Positions 25,515 through 35,701 of a stretch of DNA of 64,000 nucleotides are shown here, in pieces (positions within the stretch are counted from its first letter, which is position 1; each line of letters begins with the position of its first letter). Where the stretch lies: positions 2,418,001 through 2,482,000 of the forward strand of contig NC_087467.1 of the NCBI RefSeq assembly GCF_036321535.1, written 5' to 3'. Below the pieces are notes generated by a model, which ran no database searches, was not told the DNA's origin, and saw only the letters and a program-made list of their open reading frames with translations. This stretch comes from Camelus dromedarius. Its lineage: Eukaryota. A program made the position numbers and the translations under genes.

Positions 25515-27394
25515 TTTAAATGCCTTTCAACTCTAGGTTTATGTAGAAATCAGCCTATTTTTCCACGTGTGGGAATATTTTAGAAAATCAGATTTTGCCT
25601 GCATCAGACCTAGCAAACATGGGAAATAGAATGTTTACTCAATGATCTACCTGATAATTACTGGTTTGATAATTTATTTGTCCTAGACTTCCTGTTTGAG
25701 GTATACTGAGAAGATGCTTTATCTCAAATATGTGCAGACAAGAGAGAAAAGCCAGAAGCTAGTTCCCTGGTTTGTAACGTTGGATGGTGGCCTATAGAGA
25801 CCCACGGTGTAGATGATACAGGCTGGATGCCTGTCGCTTCACTTTTTCATCAAGATGTGACTTGCTGAATCCTCACATAGGGTTTATGTATTTCCTTTAT
25901 CTTTTATTCTGCTAACTTTGAGGCAAGGGAAGAGAGTTGTTCCTTTGCATAAGAAAATATACATCATGAGTTGCCACTAAACCCTTAGAAAGAAAGATAA
26001 AAATGTTAATACTTATTTTAAAAAGGAGAATGATTGTCTTACCCACAGCACATGACAAATGAGCTGTCTTAGCAACATGTCTTGCATACAGTCAGGGTTC
26101 AAAACATATTTCGTGACTGAGATAGGTTAAGCTCATGTTGTCTATAAAACAAGTTTAAAATCATATTTTTTCATTATCTTGACAGAAAAATATTTGGCAG
26201 AAATTAAGTAACTAATGCCTAAATAACATAATACATGATAGGAACATTGTCACATTCACACGAAAGGTGAACATTTATTTCTTTGTGTATGGCAGTATGG
26301 TTAAGACTAGGCGGGCCGCGGTGAAACCTGGATGTGAGGGCGGGTCACGCCTGACCGCCCACTCGCAGTCCTTACTGTAGCCATCTCTTTCCACAAGCCA
26401 GTATCCTCGAGGGCTTGTGTTTGGGGGTTGAGGAGGAGGCTAGAATGGGAGACACTGTCCTCTCCATTTCCAGGCAAAAGATGCTTGAGACCTGGGGTCT
26501 CGAGTCCCAAGATGCTTTGCCGCCTGGGTGCAGAGGTGAGGGAAGGCTAGTTGACTCAGGAAGGAATGTTCTTTTCCATGTTTTTAAGGGACGAAAGACA
26601 CAGCCAAGTTCAGGGGGACCTGGGGAGGGGTGAGGCGGCAGGGCAAGGAGGCAGCGCTCTATCAGAAGACCCCACCCTCAGTTGTGGAGGTGGAGAGACG
26701 CTGCAGTGAATGTCCTCTTCAGGGGACTCCTTCCAAGGAGAGAGACAAGACGGTGTGCATTTAGTCTTGCACAAACATAAGCTGAGACTCACCCTGGGGC
26801 TTCCTAGAAATAACCAAGATGATCGAAGATCTTGGGGTGAAGGCCAGAGAAATAAAGAATGAGAATCCATAGTTCTTTAGGTGTGGCTGCAGGCCAGAAA
26901 ATTTTTATTATTAATATTAATGTGACCTCATTTTACCCCTAGTCTGCTGAGACTGGGAAATCCAGGTTACACATAGTATATTTATTTCCAAAGCACTTTT
27001 TTTCTCATTAAATTCTTAGGTGAGCCTTGTAATTTGGGCCAGCCCTTGGGTGTATGGATCCGAGGCTAAATCTCACTATGTTAGTCCTGTGTCCTCCTCA
27101 CTCTCAAGAGTAACCTGGTGATAGTGGATATCAAGAGAATTCTTGAGGAGAATGAAAGTCATGACTGGCGTATTCTGGGAGAGGTGAGCTCTCACTCTTC
27201 CCCTCACCTTGGTTGGATGGTGCCCATGAGGGAGGAGGAGGGTTAAAGTGTGTGGGCAGCAGGGGGTTAGTTGGAGGGGCAGCTGTGTGCACGCCTGGGT
27301 TCAGGCATATGGGGTGTGATGGAAAAACCCTGGAGGAGTCCTCCAGGGAGTTCATTTTTATGAGGGTCGTTTCCACCCCTAGAATCTTCTTCCA

Positions 27395-27996
27395 TGATAC
27401 AAGCTGAATTGTATCTCTCCCATATTCACATGTGGAGGTCCCAACCCCAGCATCTCATTCTATAACAATATTTGGATGTTAGGTCTTTAAAGAGGCAACT
27501 GGGGGGAAGATATAGCTCAGGTGGCAATGTGCATGCTTAGCATGCATAAGGCCCTGGGTTCAATCCCCAGTACCACCTCTAAATATAAGTAAATATATAA
27601 ACGTAATTACCCCCAACCACCAAAAATTTTTTAAAAAGAAAAAAAATTTTAAAAAGAGAAAAAATTTTTGAAAAGAGAAAAAATTTAAAAAAAAAAGGAA
27701 AAAGAGACAATTAAGTTAAAATGAGGCCATTAGGGTGGGACCCTGATCCAATGTGCCTGGTGTCCTTTTAAGAAAAGCAAGAGACACCAGGTGTGTAGGT
27801 GCAGCAGAGAGATGGCCATGTGATGAGGTAAGAAGAGGATGGTCACATGCAAGACAGAAAGTGAGGCTTCAGAGGAAACTGTCCCTACTACCTTGATCTT
27901 GGACTTGATCTCCGGGACTGCGAAAGAATGAATTTCTGTTCTTTAAGCCACCCGATCCATGGTGTTTTGTTATGGTAGCCCAAGCAAATCAATGCA
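27395..27996 (+). mobile_element. MLT1B-like MaLR solo LTR interrupted by a SINE
   Basis: Starts TGATACAAGCTGAATTG, continues AAGTTAAAATGAGGCCATTAGGGTGG after the SINE, ends TTGTTATGGTAGCCCAAGCAAATCAATGCA. 5-bp flanks TTCCA/CTCCA. Confidence 0.85.
27501..27700 (+). mobile_element. Camelid tRNA-derived SINE (Vic-1-like)
   Basis: A-box TAGCTCAGGTGG, B-box GGTTCAATCCC, A-rich tail. TSD AAAGAGGCAACT (27489-27500) / AAAGAGACAATT (27701-27712). Confidence 0.9.
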
Positions 27997-30900
27997 CTCC
28001 ATAATAAAAGAGATGTTCTCTGCTGTTTCCCAGCACCTACAAAGGTTCCTGGCACCCAGTAAGCACTCAAAAGCCCTCTGCTGAGTGAATGAATGAAAGA
28101 CTGGATGAGATGCCTGCTAGGAAATCTTTCATACCGAGGACATACTAGTCCCAGGACAAAGGGCGTATCTTGAGTGCCCATGTCTCTTACTTTCTTCTCG
28201 CCCAAAACCAAAATTTGTACTCCCCAATTCAAACCCTTCCATGGCCAGAATTTCCACTTACACAGTGTTAATTTCCAACGTTCCTCTCTCTAAGCCCTTC
28301 TCATCAGTGGTTTGCCTACAGATTATTCCCAGCACAGAGTGACGGCCACGTCATTGCCAGGTCACTCTCAACCTCCTGCACACCTGCCCAGGCCCCTCCC
28401 AGCTCCTGCTCCACCAGCTGCCTGGCATCTTGGTGTCCCTTCTGACTACCCCATTGCCACTCTGGAATCCTGTGGCACTTAGACCACTTATGTTATTCAC
28501 CGGAGGCTGTTTCTCATGACATCACTCTGATTCTTAATATGCACAAGACCTCGCATAATCAGCATGCAGATTCAGAAGTAATCATGATGATGTTAGATTC
28601 TGAAGCAATCATGGTGCTGGTGGTGTGACAACCAAGAGGGTCTCCTGACACTGTTCTGAGCCAGAGAACAAAATAGTCCTGACCACGCCATTCCACCATG
28701 TCAGCTGCAATAGGAGGTTGAGCTGAATTTTTCAGTAGTAGCAACCGTGGCCATATTGTACAGCAGATGTCATTATCCGGGTCCGTATCAGCCCCGCATG
28801 CTGATACGGCATCACTAACCATCTCCAGGCATCCCAAAGGAGTCAGACAATGATTTTTCCATTGAGAAGGCTCCCGAAAGTACTAAACTGGGAGCTCAGG
28901 GGGAAATGGACCTCTGCCTGGCACTAAGCCAACAGTGAATATACAAAACAGGACTTGTAGGCTATTAGGATGATAATTGCTTATAGAATTGTTGGAGCCT
29001 GACATCTTTTCAGACGAGCGTACCTGAGAAATTCAGCTCCAGTACACCCAAGGAGTGACTGAAATAAATTAGGAGATGGGAAAGATTCAGCACTGCACCN
29101 NNNNNNNNNNNNNNNNNNNNNNNNNNNNNNNNNNNNNNNNNNNNNNNNNNNNNNNNNNNNNNNNNNNNNNNNNNNNNNNNNNNNNNNNNNNNNNNNNNNN
29201 NNNNNNNNNNNNNNNNNNNNNNNNNNNNNNNNNNNNNNNNNNNNNNNNNNNNNNNNNNNTGTACTGAAAAGGAATCTTAAGAAGCAGAGGTGTGAAAATG
29301 GAAAGTACTAAGTACACTCCGGAAAATGGAAAATGGAGTGATGGAAAGAACCTTCCAAGAGTCACATCCCTGTGCCCAACTGTTAAAAACTTTTAAGAAG
29401 ATAGTTTTAGATGTACTGTCTTGAAATAGGATATTGTATTTTGAAGGCTGTCAGGGCAAGAAAAAAAGTAAAATTAAAAACTAAGACATTTCTGTATAAC
29501 ATGAACATTGTAGATACTAAGTCTATAAACTTTTCCTATTCTCAGTCTAATCATAGAATATGCAGTTATTAATTTAAGCCATAATTCAGATCATGAACAC
29601 CATCTCATAGATATTAAGTTGGCTCTGCTCTCAGTCTATATTTTCAGTGCGGCTAATGATTATTAGATGTCAATATATTCATAAAAATAAAAGACTGTGT
29701 TATTTATGTAGATTTTGATTATATTTAGATCATAAAGGGCTTCTGATTCTAGATTCCTGGCTTTCTTTTTCCTCCATGCAGGCATGACTGAGTGTATGTC
29801 CTCATGATGTCTGCTTTATCTCATCCTGGAAGTTTGGGAAGCCGAGAAGTGGAATGTGGTAGCCAACAAGGAAAAAAGTGAATTGAAATATGTGGATGAT
29901 GGCAGTATACATTTTGAAGGTGCATTTATTTTGAGACGCTAATGGCAAAGTAAGTTAACCTCCAAGTGGAGAAGAAAAATCTGCTAAGGTCAGAGGTTGC
30001 CGGCATTTCCACCTCCCTGAATGGTTACGCTGTGATGGGGAAGCCCTTCACCTTGCTTGGTCATGATGAGCTTCACCCTTATGGATGGTCAGACGAAGCA
30101 GAGTCATTAGCTAATGAACATGCAGCCAGTTCATGCCTAAACGTCACATACAGGTGGGAAAGCGGATCTGAAGGTCAAAGATAGACAAAAGCGGAGTCAC
30201 GAATCACCGCGAGCGTAGTGCTGTGTCGATGTGAAAGTACGCGGAGACAATGGGTGGACTCAACAGAAGCAACCGTGTTTCTGCTTTCCAGATTTCCCAT
30301 CACCATTTTCCAACACAAGCCCTCTGTTCAGTTAGATTCACTGAAACCCTAAGCTCATCTCCCCCAGTTACATTGTTGCTCAAAAAGACTACCAGGGGAT
30401 GCTTTGGGACGTGTGACGATGTCATTCTTCCATTTGCAGTGTTCAGTTTCCTTTGTATTTCTCCCAGCTGCATTCATCGTTCATACATCACCCACTTGGC
30501 TCTTCATGCATGCCACTTTATAATGCGATCATTAATGGGGATTCCACCTTGGCTTGACTGTGAGATTTTTGAGGGTATACCCCAGGCTTTTTGGATCTGA
30601 GTTCTGCCATCTGTTTACAAAAAGAAATTTATTAGACAGATTAAATAATTGTTCAATGATTGTCCATCTAGATTTTTTTTTTCTTCTACTTTTAAGCAAC
30701 TGTTTCTACAACCTGTGATCTGAGAAAATCTATTTAGAGTTTGACGTTCAGGAAGACTTTTGCTAAGGGGGTTTATGTCTTGATTTATACATGCATATGA
30801 TATAGAAAATTCAACTTCATACATAAAAAGTTTTGGTGTTTCTTAATGAAAACCTCATGGCGTTATGTTTCCGTTTTGTTTGGTAAGGAATCATAAATCA

Positions 30901-33030
30901 GAAAATGCCCTGTGCGTTGCCCCTGCTTATCTGGAACAAACTCAGATTGTACCAGATTGAAGGGAGGGCTCGACGTGGCAGACGTAAGATGTTGCATGAT
31001 CAGTATGGAAGGTACTTGGAGCGGTTACGAATGTTGGAGGAACAGTGGATGACATGCAGTTTGGTGTCCCTGCTACACAAAGGTAGTGTCAGGGAACCTT
31101 GAACCATGAGACCGGGGTGGTGGGAATCAGATCCTGGGGGCCAGGGGGCCCCACTGAGCCGCAAATCCGCAGTAGCATGCAGTGAAGGGGGTCAGGGCCA
31201 GATCTGTATTTTATTAAGACTACCACCCTCTGCAGGGGAGTTTTGAGTCTTGTTTTCTCAGTGAGGTGCGTGGCCATGACACCACAGTCAGTTATGGATC
31301 CATTTAGGGACAAACTCCACCCACCTAGGCTGTTAGGACTTGTTAGTGCCACACGTCCTGGAGAGAATGACTGCTACACAGTGAAAGGTGGCACATTCTC
31401 AAATCATACAAGGAGACTGAGCAATGACTGTCGATCATCTTGATGTTTTCTCCATCACAGCTGGGAGAAAAGAAATAGGTCTGTCCAGGTGGGAGAACAG
31501 GTAAAACTATAAAAGAAACTAGTATCTCGAATGCATCTGAGGCTCTGTTTTGAAGATGGGAGAGAGAATGGGTGATAAGATAAAGAGAAGAACAAAAACT
31601 CCCCCCTTTTTTTGTGTTCATTATCAAATAAATAGATTAAATAAATAGATAGATCAATCAACAATCAATCTTCATTGCTTTTCTAATTAGAAGTTAATTT
31701 TGATTTCCCTAAATCCCTATCCGTGTTCTCTAGGCAGGAGGGGTGTGGAAGAAATTTAAAATATTGACCAGCAAAGGAAGATGTGGCAGCTGGCTTGGAA
31801 ATAAACCAATTAAATCTTCATAATTGCCTAGCCGGTGGCACCTGTCCTAAACCATCTCCATCCTCTGGATGTCAAAGAGGGAGATTGAAAGAAATAGTTG
31901 TCCAATTTACTACAGGAGTTTCCTTTCATTGGCTGTCCAGAAAATGTGTGGCGTCACTATGTGATGCTAATGATTATAAAGTGTTTGGGAAAACAGAAAA
32001 GTACCAGAGAGGTTTGGGATGCAGTAAACCCAATTTAGACCCATGAGTTGGAATCTGGGAGAATCTATAGAATGTAGCTGTGACTTTGTTCAAATGTCAT
32101 ATTGACAGTTTGGAGATTCAGCAACTGGGGAGGTGATTAGATGCTCCCTTCATTGCAATATTCTCTTTTAGGTGTGCAGTAGATGACCAGCTGTACAGAA
32201 TGGAGACGATTGGTCATATTGCTGAAATACAGTCCTGGGAACAGGAGCTGTCGCTTACCTACTGACCATCAGGATTGGTAATTGCTTCCAGAGGGGCCTC
32301 TTGTTTTCCAGTGAGATGGAAGGTGGTGACGCCATTACACATCGACCGCTTGTGTTCAAAGGTCTGAGAAACCATGCTATCCAGACCAGTGTCCAGTGCT
32401 TTGATGATAGAGGAACCCTCGTATCGGGAAGTGATTTGGTGGCTAGGATACAAGGTGGAAATCAGAGCTATCCCAAACCCAGATTCCTGTGTGATAATAA
32501 TCAAAGGGGCCACTTCGGCATCATAGCCTGCTTGCCAGATACTGCACAGTATTATGTTTATGTCTCAGCCTGGACACAACCAGACGCTGATTGACATGTC
32601 TCATGTTATGGGAGGAGGGGCGATGGCAGAACAGTCTAAGGCAGGGATCAGGTTTCAAACACCAAATTCCCTAAATTGCCTAGCTGGTGTAAATAGAGCA
32701 AGGGTCAAACTATTTGCAATACGTTCATTCATCCATTCATTCATCCGTTCACCCACTCCTTCATTTCGGCTGGTGGCTTTGTTTCCCTGGCATTCACATG
32801 GCTGAATTTAAAAAGCCATAATTACAAGTCAAAAACATCATAGGAATAAGAGGACGGACAGCCAACTTCTATTCCTCTTGTCAGCCTGTTTTGCTTTACT
32901 TATGTCTATTCTGATTTTGAGATTATTTCTATTTAACATGTAAAGATTGACTGCTAGTAGGAATGCCTCTTTAACTGGTGACATGCCACACAACTTCTCT
33001 GCCTTACTTGTTTCTCTCACCATTTTCTTT

Positions 33031-33032
33031 GG

Positions 33033-33087
<55 letters not shown>

Positions 33088-33150
33088 TTGAAGTATAGTC
33101 AGTTTACAATGGTGTGCCATTTTCTGGTGTACAGATTGGGAGTTCAAGGT
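33031..33150 (-). mobile_element. Very short young L1 3' end (antisense) with (TA)23 and a possible inverted 5' piece
   Basis: TTGAAGTATAGTCAGTTTACAATGGTGTGCCATTTTCTGGTGTACAG; TA repeat at 33035-33080; flanks TCACCATTTTCTTT / TCACCATTCTTTTT. Confidence 0.75.
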
Positions 33151-33425
33151 TCACCATTCTTTTTCTTATTCCCCAAACAGCTGATTTTTTTCTGGTAGCA
33201 TGCAGAAAATTCTGAAGAGGGGTGGGAGCTAAAGAGGAAAAAGCTCTAAGACAAAACTAATTTTTGAGCGTTCTGAGTGTCATAATGCCAAAGACTTACA
33301 ATGGCGTATTTCAGCTGCCATTTAATATTTTTTCCCCTGAAAAATTTTTAAGAATCTGTGGGTTCCTTCATTACAGGTAGTGACAGTGCACACTTGTCCC
33401 AATATTGGCCAAAATATATGTAGAT

Positions 33426-33562
33426 GGAGGCAGAGGGTACAGCTCAAGTGGTAGAGCGCATGCTTAGCACGCACGAGGTCCTGGGTTCAGTCCCCAGCAC
33501 CTCCTCTGAATACAAATAGATGAATAAAACTAATTACCTCCCTCTCACAAAAGCAAACAAAC
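33426..33562 (+). mobile_element. Camelid tRNA-derived SINE (Vic-1-like)
   Basis: AGCTCAAGTGGTAGAGCGCATGCTTAGCACGCACGAGGTCCTGGGTTCAGTCCCCAG. TSD AAAATATATGTAGAT (33411-33425) / AAAATATATGTATATAGAT (33563-33581). Confidence 0.9.
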
Positions 33563-35356
33563 AAAATATATGTATATAGATTCTCCAGGAGGGTGCATAC
33601 CCTTCTTAATACCTTCTTGCTTCTGAGAACACTGAAGATGAGACGTCCACATCCTGCTCCCAGCTGGCTCTCTGGGATGGGTGCAGCCCACTGAGCTCTG
33701 GCTGGAGATGTTGTTCACTCTTTCTTTCCCTCTCCTTCTCTTTATTTCTCTCTTTCCCTCTCTCTCCCTCTCCTATGTATGGTGTAAGATGGCTATATAC
33801 ATTTTTGTAGAAATGGTGAGTGCAAGAAATAAACGTTTACTTCTCCGTAAAAACGGGCGTGTGGACACTTTTCTGTCCTCTCCGTATGACTTCATGAAGC
33901 TGTCCGAGGGAGCCTTTCACATCTCCTCCTGTTTGAACTCCATGCTGCATCTACCTTACGTTGATAAGTGATGACAAATAGTATATATATAAAAAAACTC
34001 CCAAATGTTTCAACAGAAAAATCCAACCGTTATTTTCCTTGGTTTACTGCTGATTTCAGGAGCCTCGCCTGTCGACTTTTCATTTCAGGTTTGTTTTTGT
34101 TGACTCTTAACACGGTTGTCTCATTTCTGTCTTAGTTTATTTGGCCATCCACTTTCTGCCTGAGTTCAACCTGTTTGTCAAATGTGATAATGGGCAGAAA
34201 GACGCAGCACGCGGAGTTAGCCTTCACACCTTTCAGCATCTGCCCCTGGACGTGACTTTCCTAATATGAACGCAACTGTACATTTGACTCACAAATTCCA
34301 AAGTCCTTCAGAAAGGGCAATTGCATCTTCATCATGAGCACGTCGTCTCATTCCGTGGTTCCAGTAATCTTCATTTCATGGGCTCAGGCTCATTCTCAAG
34401 ATGCAGCACTGAAAAAAGCTTGGCCACCTGATTTCTGAGAGGAGACACTCGCCTGCAATTTTTGACCGTTGCTGCTAACCTCCGGCTGCCCCAGGATGAG
34501 CCTGGGCCTTGTCTCGGATGCTTCTGAGGGATCAGGCTGGGTCACTTCGCATCTCTCAAACCATCCCCTTTTGCATTGCTGTTTCAAGCATCTCTCTCCC
34601 TGGCATTGTCACCCGTCACCTTCGTCCTCTCTTTTCCAATTTTCACAAGTCAAACTTTAAGGCGTGGGGGTCACCCAGGGTGGGAGGACACGCGTGCAGT
34701 CCCCGAGGCTCCAGGCCCTGCCTGTGTCTGGCAGACACCCTCTTTGGCCTTGTGCAGGTCATTCCCGCTCTCTCCACTTCTGCTTTCCCATCTGTTAAAA
34801 CGTGGATAATAATATTTGCCTCGCTGGGGTGTATTTATGCTTAATTACTGTAATTGCTTGTAAACAATTTGCTATCCTGGGATAAAACATATGACTGAAA
34901 AGCAAAAATTAGAGGAGACAATTTAATATCTCTTTATTTATTTTTAAAATTTATTACACGATTGCCTTTTCCCAGGCAGTTTATTTCAACCCTGTGCACA
35001 GCAACCTCTCAAGGCAGAGGATAATGTGACAACGTGAAAAAACACCTGGTTCTGGAAGTCAGGTTTTTTTTTTTCTCTACTTTCAGTCCTAAATCGCTGT
35101 GTGATTTTTAAGCCTCTCTGGGCTTAGGACACTTATTTCAAAAGGGATAGTAACTAACCTGCCCAATTTATCTTACAGAAGGTGTTATCAGGCAACAAGT
35201 GATGTGAAGAATGATTTAGGAAATTAAAAGGCCTGTAGAAAGTGCTTTTACTCAACCACTTAATAAGTCACAAGATAAACCCTAGGACGAATGCAGTTGC
35301 GGCAAAACTGGGTGTTGGGCATACATGGGGTGTTTTATACAAAAGTATTATATACA

Positions 35357-35701
35357 CAGTTGGCCCTCCATATCGTGGGCTCCACATTCACAGATTCCAC
35401 ATTCACACATTCAACCAATTTCAGATCGAAAATAATTTGAAAAAAAAAAGTTCCAAAAAGTTCCATAACACTTGAACTTGCCCTGCACAGGCAACTATTT
35501 CCACAGCATTTANNNNNNNNNNNNNNNNNNNNNNNNNNNNNNNNNNNNNNNNNNNNNNNNNNNNNNNNNNNNNNNNNNNNNNNNNNNNNNNNNNNNNNNN
35601 NNNNNNNNNNNNNNNNNNNNNNNNNNNNNNNNNNNNNNNNNNNNAGCATCGCTGGGTTTTAATATCTGCAGAGGAGTCCTGTGAACAGAGGATGACGACT
35701 G
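35357..35701 (-). mobile_element. MER2-like TcMar-Tigger MITE (contains N-run 35513-35644)
   Basis: CAGTTGGCCCTCCATATC start, TTCAACCAATTTCAGATCGAAAATA, GACGACTG end. Inverted flanks TATACACAGT / ACTGTGTATA. Confidence 0.85.

Noticed and set aside
32259-32594. Overlapping ORFs with splice-like signals near 32.3-32.6 kb
   Set aside because: The peptides are not recognisable and no consistent acceptor-donor pair preserves a frame.
27501-33500. tRNA-like sequences with A and B boxes at 27501 and 33426
   Set aside because: They have SINE bodies, A-rich tails and TSDs, so they are SINEs rather than tRNA genes.
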